This document shows positions 12,583-26,125 of a stretch of DNA of 64,000 bases, in pieces. This stretch comes from Spongospora subterranea f. sp. subterranea (Eukaryota), in NCBI GenBank assembly GCA_049724395.1, contig JAUGWO010000107.1, positions 186,001 through 250,000 on the forward strand, read 5' to 3'. The stretch's first letter is position 1, and every line of letters starts with the position of its first letter. The notes under the pieces are model-generated. The model was not told the origin of the DNA, ran no database searches, and worked only from the letters and a program-made list of their open reading frames with translations. Made by a program: the position numbers and the translations under genes.

Positions 12583-13054
12583 TTTCTGATATTTTTGTTA
12601 GTATACCTTATTGGGTAAATCAAGGAAGAAAGAACGTACTTTGCTGTTTTGGACCTGGTTTGGTGAACTGGATCAGTGTACGTGAGCACAGGCCAGCCTT
12701 TCTGGTGAGTGAGTCTGAGAAAGATATTACCCTGGAATCGATCCTATGAACAGCAGAGATGATAGGCACTGTACTTGAGCACAGCAGGTAGACAGGAAAA
12801 CAGGTAGAGAGAACGGGAGAGAGGAACTGACAGAGCGATTGATAGAGAAGTAGAGAGGAGAGGATAGATCGAGAGATCGAAAGGTAGTACTGTACTGAAT
12901 ACAGTACAGCCCTCTCAATGGGACAGACTGTTCATTTACTCAACTACAGAGCTCCAATATTCAGATCTGCCCGAACAAATACGAATCTTCCCCATGCCAT
13001 GACGTAATGCATAAATTTATTTACACGACATGATGATATGGCGAAACTTGTATA

Positions 13055-14467
13055 TCATCCACCGATTGTGATCATGGGACGATTGCCTGCTTTGGATGCA
13101 GCCAGCATATCCATGCCAGCGTGCTGCAACTTCTTGAACTTGACACTCTGGTTGATTATCGCCAGAAGATTTTGATCGGAAATTCCAGAGCGTAAATGGT
13201 CTCGTAAGCTCACCTCACGTTGATCAAATAGGCAAACTTTTAAATTACCATCAGCTGTTATTCGAAGGCGATTACAAGAAAAACAAAAATGCTGACTAAG
13301 AAGAAGTTCTGGGATTAAACGCAAAGGTTGCGACCGCTAGCTAAACTCACTACGTACCTCATCGATGTTATAAAGCCGATTCTTCCCACAAATCCTGGAA
13401 TGTTGTACACTTTGGAGGTTTCATTAGATTCAGGCACAGCTTTGTAGATATCAGGGTATGCCTGTAGACTTCTGAGGTCAAAACTCTTTAAAACAGAAAT
13501 TAGGATTGATATACCTGCTGAATCATACCCAGCATTGCCTTGAATGGCAACAGTTTGCGATTGTCAAAAGTATTGCTGGCAAATGGCATCATTTCGATAA
13601 ACCGAACCTCGACCAGTTTCGATCGCGTTAACTCAACGAAGTCAATAATTTCATCAGCGTTAATTCCATTCATTACAACACAGTTGATTTTTACGGATTT
13701 CAACCCAGATTGAATGGCATCGTCAATGGAGCGCAGGACTCGTTCATGTCCCATCCGTTTACTGATTAGCTGAAACCGATGAGGGGCTGGAACCATAATA
13801 ATGGTTAGATAAGGAGATGAAAATACGACTTCACACTATTACATAATGTGTCCAGGGAAATATTGACATGGGTTAATCCAGCATCAATGAGCTCTGGAAG
13901 ATATCGTGACAATAACAGGCCATTTGTGGTCATGGCAATTGTAGACAACCCATCTGGTCGTAATTTGTTCAGATTCGATACAATTTCGACGATATCTCTA
14001 AGTTGGAGACTTATACGAGGACCCGTTTGTGCCAAAAAGTTCATAGTACCGGCGAACTAGCGGTTCTCCTCCCGTTAACCGTATCTTGTTTACACCCTGA
14101 GAAACGAACAGCTTCGCTATTTGATGTATCTCCAAGGCAGTTAGTAGCAGTGGGTTAGGAGTTAAGGAAACGCCCGATTCAGGCATACAATAATGACAAC
14201 GAAGATTGCAGCGCTAAACAGCACAATTCAAGTCAATTAACTTGTTCATAACTCCAGTGCACAAGCGAATACCATTTAAAAGAACGAGTCTGATTTTACA
14301 CGACGACTGACCTCAGTTAAAGATATCCGAAGATATGAATGGAACCGCCCATGGGTGTCAGATAAAGAAGATAAGCCTGATGACAGAATGGAATCCAATT
14401 CATGAGCCGGGACGGATTGTGAATGCGACGAAAGCCTCCGAATACACCGTCTAACGCTGATCAGCAT
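13055..14467 (-). CDS. moaA: GTP 3',8-cyclase MoaA (MOCS1A/Cnx2), radical SAM, 6 exons
   Basis: [19 protein letters not shown] (CxxxCxxC), [30 protein letters not shown] and C-terminal MITIGG. The Arg/Ser-rich leader resembles a mitochondrial targeting peptide. Confidence 0.96.
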
Positions 14468-16352
14468 CGCCAATTTTCACCAAACTACCCCGTTTGACAA
14501 GTGCAGTTTATATCTCTGAGTGCATTGTATTTACTGGTCTCTCTGTCCGTGACGGTGACGGATCACTGGATCAGACCATGACGTTGGAAAGGATGACCCT
14601 CGCCGCTCAACGTATTGTCAAATACGTAAATTGTTGCGCCGAGTTTAGAAATTATTCTCCAAAGCCACTTCGCCCTCAGAACAACAAGTACTGAATGCCA
14701 CCTGTTTCTCAGTATTTGATCCAGATCCTCCAGTTTTAGTCCTCAAACCATGGGGGTCAAAATCCGTGTACAGTATCTGGCGCCAAAGTATGTGTACACA
14801 CCTGCGCATGAAAGTCGCGCTCTCAAATTCAACGGCCGTTAACCCTACCGGAATCAATGGCGAGCCATTGTGACCTGAATAGCTTCTGCTGGAACTCAAT
14901 GGATAACCTCGTATCGTTATGATCAAGTGAGGACGATTATGTCAGCGTTTGCGATGTCAACAAGGACACCGAACTCACAGGTCCATGACTCCCATTTGCG
15001 TGTTAGTGCACGCATTGGTGCCAGTAGGTGAGGCCAATTTCGTCATTCGTTGTTTGCTAATAAAGATATGTCCCGTAAATACATTAGACAGTGTTGCATT
15101 GACCAAGTTTTCTTGTACGAAAATTTATCTAGAAGCGGAAATTCATTTTGCCCTGTTATTCCAGGCTACCGACCAAGCATTTGCAAACAGTCAAATACTC
15201 GAATTGTTGACAGAGCAACACTGCCCCTCATGTGATAAGTGAGGCCACGATTTGTAGCCGACGACAATTGGATTCAAGTTAATGATGTTTGTACTGTATG
15301 CTTTGTGAGAAGTTTGCAACTAGTCGAAACGTCGTTTCACAATTGTTTTCTAACTTTAGACACTTTCAATGAACTTAATATCGAGGGCAGTAAGTTGTAA
15401 ATAGTCACGAGAGATGCCTTGACGAAATTTCACAGCATTCGTGTTTTTAGAAAACGTGACGAACCTTGTCAATGAATGGTCAAAGCGTTAATCCTTTATC
15501 AGCATATGGATTGAGGTAACTTGTTTTATTATGGATGAGTATCCTAGTTGTAACTTTTGATATCTTAAAGAAATGAACGATTATACCGCAACTGCCCGGG
15601 GTAATATAGAGCACCAGGTTTAGGCTTTCGCCACACAGTTTCGATTTTTGTCATAAATCTCGTGTTACTATTTTCTGATGGAGGCGCAAGTGCACAGGGC
15701 GACATCAGTTGTCCAGGAATCCAGAGATTTGATAATGGCCGCAAGATCTTGAAATTTCCAAAATTGATATCCGAGGCGACCTCTCCAATTGATTCAAAGC
15801 AATTGCGAGAGTGATTTAGCAAAAAAAACAACACCACTGTACCTGTTTCAGGAGGCTCACGTGATCGCTGCCTCTGTTCTGAGTACCGTATGCGATCAAG
15901 ACGCCCATCCCGTTAATGAGATAGTCGGATTTGACTGTTGTTCGTAAAAGAGGCCAATCAGTTTGGAATTGCAGCGCTGTTCTCCAATCCCTGAAGTAGC
16001 ATTATCCATTCCCTATCGTGGTTCAGTGGGCCTGTGTGGCTGCCCAGCACTGGGACTCTGTGCCCTATCTCACTCTTATCTTCCTGCTGCACGGCACACA
16101 CCATATCGGGCTCAACCTCAGGCCCCTGAATATTACAGATCATTAATACGGCAGAGCTATCACCTGGAATCATTGTCTCGGCTCTGGGCGTGTCAGTGCC
16201 CGCCAACCAGATCGAAAGCCGGATAAGCGACAACACAGGAGAGTAAGCGAAGACAGCACTGAGACAAGTTCGTGTCGATATACAAGACGTTCACCAAATT
16301 GCAAAATCATCGTTCATTCATCAGTTTGGGCAAACCATATTAAGGACTTATT

Positions 16353-16556
16353 ATGAGTGACGATCAGTTGGCCAAGAAGAACCTTGAACTAGATCATCTA
16401 AGAAAAGAGGCTGATGTATTAAAGGAAGCGATGATGCCTGATGCAGCGTCTGCAAAAATCATCGCATTCGTTCAAAGCAAACCTGATCCTTTTTTCGAGC
16501 ATGATAATGAATGGATCCGAGATCGAAATTCGGGATGTACATGTACTGTCATGTGA
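16353..16556 (+). CDS. Heterotrimeric G-protein gamma subunit
   Basis: 67 aa, with coiled-coil LELDHLRKEA, ASAKIIAFVQSKPDPF (DPL-like), NEW (NPF/NPW-like) and a C-terminal CaaX, CTVM. Confidence 0.85.
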   Translation: MSDDQLAKKNLELDHLRKEADVLKEAMMPDAASAKIIAFVQSKPDPFFEHDNEWIRDRNSGCTCTVM

Positions 16557-17052
16557 GAAACCAACACGTTCACGATTGTATACAATACTTCAAGCTGCTA
16601 TTATCGACATAATACAATTTAAATAATGCGATTCACTTTCTATATTCATCATGCTTTCGCCATGGTATTTCGTCGTCATAGCAATGATCGTGCGAATAAT
16701 TCTGCAACTAAGCGTGCAGAGAAATCAAAGCTGAATTCTGCTTTTCCGTCAAACTTTCAGACAATATTTAATGTATTTTCTAGAACTTGGACGGTGGTGA
16801 CACCGAGCTTCACATTTGTCAAGATCGTTGACTGGTCTTGTCCTCGGACCGTACCCAGTAGCGGAACAGGTCATGGTTTAATTGGTGACTTGACTGGGGT
16901 TCGCATCTCTTCCTGACTGGGGCAGCCACATCACCCTGGATTGGTGTTGGTGGATCCCCCTTGTATCATTATTGATACCTTCTGAAACCCTCTGCTCATA
17001 ATTTAAGGGTTTCCGTCAAGGGTGAGGGGTGAGAATTTCCAGATTTCGGCCA

Positions 17053-18241
17053 ATGTTTGATGACAGTTCGGATGACGCCATCCCTTCGATGTCGTCGCCT
17101 TTTGTGGACCATACATCTGGGCGGCAATTACCACGAATATCAGTAGATCTGATTCAGGCCCAGCCCGAGCACCTCAAGATCGGAAGAACGATTTATGTCC
17201 GAGGTGAACGCGCATGTATAGTTGAGGTAAACTAGTTATGACACTGAGCTGGGCATTTGCAACTTTGGTAACTTCGACTCCTACACAATCAGATGGATTA
17301 TCCAAATATTTTCTGGTGTCTTGATAACTGCGAGAATATTAAGCACCGCAATTTTGATGTAGATCGGGAAATGTTCCAAGTTGTACAGGTTGGTGTGTAC
17401 TAGCGATCTCGTAAATCAAAGCGGTAAATGATTGACACGATTGCTAAAGGGAACTGAAAATCCTACAGACGATAATACGTACAGTCCTATTCCGAAAAAC
17501 CTGTTTCAAATGCCAAACGAAGTCTCGGAAATATTAGGGTCTGATCAGAACGAAGACACCTACGACGCTGAGGATCCAACAAATTTGGCTGTAGCTGGCG
17601 TTATGTCGATGCTAAGTATTCGAGCTGCCGATGAATATACGGACGAGATTGATGCCAACATCGAATGTCAGCTACACAATTCTAGGATGCACCTACTTAA
17701 TTGCGCCCAATCTAAATTCAAATTTCCAAATAAGCAAGCCTCCATCTTCGTTCAGTCATGCGTAGACTGTGATATTCAATATCATTCGATTATTTCCAGT
17801 GTCGAGATCTTAAAGGCAAATATTCTGTTGTAAAGTTCGCTGTTCAACAATCGGTTTGACATTTATCACAGTGCTAATTCAACCAAGCTCACTTCTACCG
17901 GAGAATGCGGTTCAATAATTATTGAATCTTGTAGAGACATAGTGGTGACGTTCCCAGCAAATTCATCGATCGTACTTATTGTCTGTACCAGCTGTACCAA
18001 TGTAATACTTCGGGCAATAAGCAACGGTGCAGTTGCCGCCGAAACAAATGTAAACATCCAGGATGAGTCGGCCGTTCCTGCCGAAGGCGAGGGATCTGGA
18101 GAATCCGACCCAAATGTGCCCCTTCCCTTAGAACATCCTCAAATGCGGACACTGTGGAATGGAGTAGCTTTTGACACTCAACGGATAATTCGCGAGAATG
18201 CTGATGGCTCAGGACATATACGGAATCTTAATCGATTTTGA
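17053..18241 (+). CDS. Protein with C-terminal CAP/cofactor-C (CARP) beta-helix, about 4 exons
   Basis: NKQASIFVQSCVDCDIQYHSIISSVEI and GSIIIESCRDIVVTF..IVCTSCTNV match the CAP_C periodic pattern. GT-AG introns lie at about 17227-17292, 17389-17449 and 17830-17871. Confidence 0.65.
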
Positions 18242-18300
18242 TTTAGGGGTGCTACTACATATATACAGATATTATATTAACGAGATCAACTAGTTTGAAA

Positions 18301-21300
18301 TTATGGAAGCTGAAACTCCTTCTGCATGACTTCGGCTGTTCTAGGCTTATATTTCGACAAGTTCAACGGTTGAAAGCAGAAATTACAGGTCGATTTCGAT
18401 GAGCATGAAGAGTGGCAACCATGCCCACACATAAACAGTATATAGTCGCTGTGTTGAAGTTGAGAGCCGCAATCCGAGCATGTCGCAACAGTTGGAGATA
18501 AAATAGGTTGAGCCATCATTTGACACTTCCTGGAAGAAATACCATGCTCATCTTCAGCCATCATAGCGTTGCATAAACTCAACCTAGAAATTGCATCAGC
18601 CGTTGAAATTGATCAAAACTGACATCAGCGACACACATATCTGCATCATAAATTAGAGTCTCTATCAATGACAGTATTGTATCACGAAATTCTAGATAGA
18701 CAGCATCGCTATGCTCCGTCATGATTTCGAGCAAGATTTTTGTCAACGGCGCATATCCTCGCATAGCGGTTAGGACGCCTAAACATGGGTGCGGTCAGTT
18801 TTGACTCAAAGAGAACTGAGTAGGCAAACACTTTGTATGAACCCGACTAGGACCGCGTTTACAGATGGGTCCGTTTCCCGCTTTTGGAGCTGCATAAATT
18901 TATCCAGTAGCGCCATCCACCGTGGTTCATTATCGGGAAGTGAGGAATGTCGCTGACAAAGTGAGGCTGCATCAGTAATACGCCGTTTGATGGACGCGGC
19001 AGCAGGTATTTTTTCAAAACTTCCATGACGCCCGCGGTTTGAGACCTTTGGGACCTTATCCACTGATTGCTTGAAAATTTCATACATCGGATCAATTGAT
19101 TTCAAAAGCAACTTTAATGCGGTATCAATGTCTCCTAAATCATCCATATTTGATAAAACCCTTGTTAGAAGCTGATAAAGCACGAACCAGTTCGTTCTAG
19201 TAAAAAGCAAATGGCATCAGTAATATTGAACTGTTGAACAATCTTGAGAACAGAGTCAATCTAAAAAAGTATCTGATGAAAACGTTGATATGTATGCAAC
19301 AGGTGGTAAAATACAGAATAGTGATGGTGTCCACGAATATAAGCTAATACGGAAGCGGGATCAAACTGGGCCATGAGCTTGATAAATAATTCGTGAATCT
19401 CTGGAGAAGCATCAACCGCCAGGTTGATCAGCAATCCACGAAGATATGAAAACTGGGATCGCGGCCAAGGTGCAAGGGATTCTATCACGAGTTCGTTATC
19501 TTCTGGAAAAAAGTCGTTGATCAGCCTTGGCCTAAATCATTGAGGTAACTGAACCTAGACAGAGAATTGAGTGCAAGCTGACAAACCGTATGAAATCCAT
19601 TGATTTCGACCAGGGGATAGATTCGCTTCAACAATCCTTGGCGAAATGGAGGCACGTTTTGGGTTGTCAAGACTTCAACGATGTAGTCGAAAATGGTTTG
19701 ATTTGACTGGCCAACAAGGTATGCGTCAACGCATTTTACAGGGTCTCCTGATATTTTATACAGATCAATGATAAGACCTTTGAAATCAACCGCATGAGCC
19801 GTCGCCAGAAGCTGTGGTATCATATCTCGTTCGGGGTAATTTCGTTCGAAAATGGAACGAAGAAGCGCTTCACTTTCGGGGCCGTTACAACCGTGAAACA
19901 GATGGATGATCACCGTCCGGAGAATAAACGGAGTCACACCAATCATACCCTGCGACAACGGAGGCGCGAGAATCTTGATTAAACACGAAATTTCAAAGTC
20001 ACTGAAACGTTCTCTAGGCGAAGCAATCTCCCAATTGTATTTTGATTGAACCATCACTTTGCCATCGAAAAACACCGAAAAGTAGGACGTCGACGGCATC
20101 ATTTCGAGTGACTTCTGAGTTGGAATTTTGTCCATTGGCCTTGGATATGGATTTGCCTGGTCGGGATGAAGCTCTCCGCGAAGGACTAATGGGACCAAAT
20201 GAGGGAATTGGCCACATATGGTCATTCTGTAAGGCAATGCCGAGAACGGGGATCAGAGTAGAAAAATGAGAAGCGATGAGTCGATGAAGTGGAGACGGTT
20301 CCGTTCTGATCAAAAAGAACATAATACTCTGTTGTTCCTTAATGGGGATGGATGGCTCCAAATGACGACAAATGTGATCAGCAGCGAAATATTCATCAGG
20401 ATGACCTTCAGCGACGGAGGAAAGCAACTGGATGCAGGGTCTTGGTGGCTCTAGTTGCGACCGGCGGCATAGGCAAAAATATGCTTTCCAGAGATTATGC
20501 TGGATGCAAATGTTCTGAAGATCTTTGAACTGAGATATATCAAGCAACGACAAACATCTTTGCAGTCTATTTGTGTGATTGCGTTCGCAAAAATAGTCGA
20601 CGCAAGCGTTGAGAACAGGTAAAGGAACTTGTCGAATATCAGGACACGATTCTATGGAATCAAGCAGAGTGGTAAAATATACCTGAATATGGTTTTGAGA
20701 AATTTGGAAAACTTCATCGAAAATCAATGGCACGTTGTCGATGGCGATACAAAAATAAAATGAATTAGCCAAAACGGGACCGAACACTGCCGCAGACATT
20801 GATAGATTTGAATTCAGGTAAGAAATTATAAATTGAGACAGTTTCGACCGCAGCAGGTCCATTTGAGACGGATCAGAATCGGCCTAAACATGAACACATT
20901 CAATACTAGCTCGTTATACCTACAGGCGATAAAGCATACTTGGTAAAAGTCTATGCCTAATGATAAGGCAGGAATCCATTGACCAGTCCCAATCAAAGCA
21001 TTGACTCGGTTTAATGGGTTCAAAACGGAAATTTGATAAAGCGAGCCATCCCTAGTCAGCATAACAAAACAGAAGTTAGCGACAAACCTGATCCTGAAGC
21101 AGAAGGTTTAGAAGCAGACAAATAAAGGCAAAATTAGTACAGACGCATGGTCAGAGCACAAAAACGACTGCAAAGTGACAGGATTATAAAAGCGATCATG
21201 GCAGGAGATGGCGACTGAAGAAATATCGACAGACTGAAATATTGACCCAGTTTCGATATCCGCAGCCATAAGACATTTGTTGCCAACGATAGCGCAGACA

Positions 21301-22636
21301 GTTGCGGAATTGAGAAATCCTAAATAGCTGATAAAGGAATCAGAGAGGACGATCTTATGACGAAGCATTGCTTGCGACTTGTTAACAGCAAAGATCAACA
21401 ATGAGCCGCCTTGAGATACAGCTAAAAGGTTATGCGATGGGCTCCATGCTAAACAGCAGCAAATGTTGGCTAGCGTTACCCGTGACAGTAATATTGCACG
21501 ATGCCCAGATATATTGTAGATCAACAGATCTGCAAAACAGCCAATGGCCAACAGATCAGGAAGCAAAACCGACAACGCCGTGATTTGTCCAATGCCTTTT
21601 GTAACCGGAAACCGGTTTATAGACCATCCGATCATATGCTTAGTGAGAGATATTGTCGACGCATTACCCTGCAAAGGTTATAGACGATTGAAACAAAAAT
21701 GAAACTAAGATCAGTTGAACCTTGATATCTGCAGCAATAATCGCTGCACGATCGGCTGATATAAAACGAATTGCTGATATAGGACTGCCATGCAATCCTG
21801 AAAGCGACTTGATGATGGACTGATTCGATATATCCCATCTGAAAGCGATGCAGGTCAGAGGAAGCCTTTGTCACGACAACGTGACTTTACAAAATTACGG
21901 CACCGCTTTCGTATCCAACAGCTAGATATGCACACTTAGGGGAAATCTCAACAGCTGTCGCTGCCCCATGCTTATTGGTTTCTGCAAAGAGAGAATCAGT
22001 GAAGGCAAAAAATTAATATATCGCGATACTGTTTTGATCACAATCGTAAACTTTGTGATATGGATTCCCATTAATGGATTTCAAGACAACAGAGCCGGTG
22101 CTGGTCCCGATTGCAACGCATGACGTATGGAGCGCAATACATGACGTTCGGGTATCCCTGTCTTGTAAAAACGCTGGTAATCTGACAATCCCAGAAAAAA
22201 ATTCTGCAGAGTGATCGCAGCCCTGACTGAACAGTTAGACATGGACACCCATGCGCTCCTTCTCTACCTGAACTGGTGCATTCGAATTAAAGGTCCTGTA
22301 TAACTGCAATTTGCTAAGTTGGAGAGGGCCGTCGCAGAGCTCAGTGGGCAAAATATTTTTGTCAACATTTGGACTAATATTTTCGCGCCCAGTGGAGTAG
22401 GAATTGTCCTGATCGCCGACCTGTAATTCCTGATCCAGTTAGAGTCAACTGTGGGCCGACTGCATAGATCTACAATATCGTGAAGCATACATCAGGATTA
22501 TTGATTTCTAAGGAAGCCTGCTCATTCTCATTGTCATGATCCCGACGATTCATGAACTCAAATGCTAACTGTACTGTGTCAACAAGAAAGAAAACGACAT
22601 CACATGACACTTACCTATATCAAGTGTATCTTCCAT
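18301..22636 (-). CDS. VPS8: Vacuolar protein sorting 8 (CORVET subunit): beta-propeller, alpha-solenoid/CHCR, C-terminal RING; many introns
   Basis: CVAIGTSTGSV, GAATAVEISP..YLAVGYESG, LIGTGQWIPALSLGIDFY, MAQFDPASVLAYI, LCQRHS...WMALLD and C-terminal CSDC...FMCGHGCHSSC...CNFC. Confidence 0.85.
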
Positions 22637-25600
22637 TCATGTCAAACGAGCCTCTCCCACGGAGCATACGTTAGTCACGTGTCAGAGGCTGCCCTGCCGA
22701 GGCAACAGTCAACGTATGGTTCGGACTGCGGGACCGGCTGCGCCAACTGTCAATATTTGCGTCAACAGCGATGAGGATAACCGGATAAGGACCCCAATGT
22801 GCGGGACGTTAAAGCAATGATTGATGGCGTCAGGTCATATATCATGCTAGCAAATGATTCGTGGGTGTCATGATTTCTGGACATGATCAATGCCATGAAG
22901 CAGGTCATCATCGCAGCCAGATTATGCAGCAGGTACGTAAAAGAATCGGTGATAATGGGTATCGAGCGATAATCCGAACAGTTGGCAGTGCCATTCTCGG
23001 CCGTTATAGTCCCCATCTAGCGTGTTAGGCAGCGGCAATCATGCTGTCGTTGGGCCCTGCAAACTGAATGATTAGGTTTGGCAATTTTATGGATTCATCG
23101 GTTCCGATTGACCTGCATGAAGGCACCAATCGTGCGCTGCATAGTACGAGTTTGCGTTATGTCCTATCTGCAGTTGTTATTTGGGGCAAATCATTCAGGG
23201 ATATTGTACATGATCAAAATCCTCTGGGAAATGCAGTATAATTCAGCCGCAAACATGGCCATTGCTGCATGGTAAGCTGTAATTTTAGAATAGATGGCGT
23301 GCACAAGAATAAATTTGCGACACATTTGACAAGAACTTCCATCATTGCGTTCTGATGTATCAACTTGAAAATTCATCTGCTCCGCTTGCCATCAATTCAT
23401 GGAGTGTACTCAGTTCAGAGAGTGTAATCATTCCATGATCCAGTGATTGCGTAGTGAAGGTTGGAAAGAGTTTTTTCATGGAGGAAGGACGGCTGGGCAA
23501 CCGCATTTGGTTCCCGTAATACTAAATCATGAGTTTAAGCAGGCTGCTGCTGAGCGGGCCTATTACAGCGGCAACGAGTGAAAAGATGAAGACGAGGGCA
23601 GGAACTGGGGGAACCGAAGGTAGGTTTTACAGCCACATAAGACAGATTCTGCTGAACCGCCTTGGCATAATTGATCTTGGGCGGGCCTGCGACTTGGCCG
23701 AAAACACTGCTGGCCAGGTCGGGCACCAATTACATGGCAGTTGTTAAGTCTGTCATTGATTGTAGTTCTTGGCCAATCGCTGGTCTTGCGCCACAAGCAA
23801 AGCTTGGAAATTGGCAGGCATGCACCCATGGCGTCGGAAGCGCGAGGCCTCAGAACTAGAGAAACGACTCCATATAACCCATCGACACCAGCGACACTTG
23901 CAGATCTTCAAAGGCCAGTACGCTGCATGACTATCGGTGTGTCGAACCTGGCTAACAGGAGTGAAAACCAAGAGAGAGCAACTGTCAAGCGCCCGTTGTC
24001 TCCTCTGCCACCCGCCGCCGATGTCATGTAGCTGGATTGTCTTCCTGTGGTGTTAGGCCGCCGTCTTGCAGGTTTGCGGCGTCACCTCGTGCTGGCCGCT
24101 ACATGTTTGGTCGCCAATCCGATATGTGCAGTAAAAATCAATCTGCCCGCCTATATTTTATTGTACGCGATCATGCCGTCCTTTAGCATCCGATAGGCCC
24201 GATCAGCAGCAGCCTGCTGTCAATCATGATTTGGTATCACGGGAACCAATGGCGGTTGCCCAGCCGTCCTTCCTCTTCTTGATACACCTCTTTCCAACCC
24301 TCATCACATAATCACTGGTCGTTATCTTCGTTATTAAATGATGACACTTTGAAGGTCTCAACATGTTTGGCAAAACACTTTTCCGGCATATTAGCATCAC
24401 CTGGTGCCGTTGTGCAATTGTATGTGCATCTATTGAAATTTTGCACAAATATGAAGGGCAGTTCACATTGTGTAGAAACAGAGAAAATGCCCATACACTG
24501 CACACCAGAATAATGACCCTGGGCCATTAGTGCATTCTGGACCACGTCTGGATGATTCAACACCCCTACGTAAAATATGTTGACCAACGGGTGTTGCAAA
24601 GGCATCATTGTAAAATGAGGCGTGTCAAACAGAATCATTCAGCCATGCTGCGACCATAAATGACGGAATGATGCCCAAGCTGGTCAGCTTTTGGGGACGG
24701 TAAACTGATGGATCGGCCCATATTTTAGATGTCGTTATCAAGGTAACCTCCATCACCCAAGGTCGAAAACACCCTTTCAAGAAAAACGTTTAAGTATCCT
24801 CCTCTAAAGTGTTCTTCTCCACCATCGCCTCATTGCTGGAGGGTTTACTCCTCGTTTTCTTGTTCCCAACTTCGCTTCTTTTAACCTTACCTCGACTCGA
24901 CAAATCATGTCATCCCTTTTGTGACCATCACATTACTCAGACTTAAAGCGTTGTTTTCATGATCTGAACTACATGAACAAACCCTGGACATCTTTTTAGA
25001 AATATCAAATTTTACTTGCACTTTGTTCTAATTGTATAATTTATTTCCGACCTATCCTATGGCCGGCATGCACTTTGCAACGGTTTGTTATTTATAGGCT
25101 GATATAAGAGCAAGTTATTAATGTATTCGGTTATCATTTCAATTTTTTGGTACTGTTAGAGTGCTCACCTCGACAACCAGCGAACAGACTCTTCCTACCG
25201 CTCACTAACTTTACTACTGATGCTGAAACAACGTCAATTTTTGATTTTCTGCATTCGGCCTGATGCCCCAGAAAGCGGTTCATCATTACGCGAACACCCG
25301 TCCCCAAACAACGGAAAAACCCCCAAATTTTGAAATTTCGATGAAAATGGATGACATAATTGGAACAGAAACTTCAAGGCGTTGACGAGCCGAGGCTGAG
25401 TGTCGGGGGAATGAAACGAGGCAATTGGGTTGACGATCAGCTTAAGGGTGGGTTTTTACCATCTTCTGAAGGGTGGTTATCACGATCGATACAAAGGATT
25501 TCCCCTCAGATAGAATCTTCCCCTCGGATAGAACCTTTGGTATGGCGGGATTATGGAGAGAAAACCGAGAAGCTATTGATAGATGCAAATGAGCTTTTGG

Positions 25601-26125
25601 AAAATACATATAGAATTTCGCTTCTCTGGTGTCGAACAAAGCTACTGTTGGCGCCTAGTAACTAGTAATCCGCTTCTACCCAGAATCTGTTTAGGCAGCA
25701 CTCACTTCGTTTTCGTTTGCCCATTTGTGTAGCCAGCACTTGATTCCTTTGTGCATGTGCTGACTACAGCCTTACAGCTCGATGTTTGTTTATTGTGTCC
25801 CGCTTCTCGATTAGCTGGTTTTGTCTGTTTGATGATTTGTGTCTCAATATACTGTTTTAGCATAACATGGCCGGCATTGCGCTGAAGTTGCCGTCATCCC
25901 ACTCTATAAATTCGTCTCAGTTTGAACTAACAAACCCAACTTTTACTCGAGGATAGTTGCTGGAAGAAATCTACGTAACCTGGAGGTCTTCGCGCTTCAA
26001 CCGCCTTGAAACACTCTGTCGGCTACATTCATCGTTCGGGCCACACTGTGATCACCGGATGCTGCACTTTTTCAATCGAAAGTGTAGTGCAGTGATACAT
26101 TAAGGGTGAACCGTACCTACGACCG

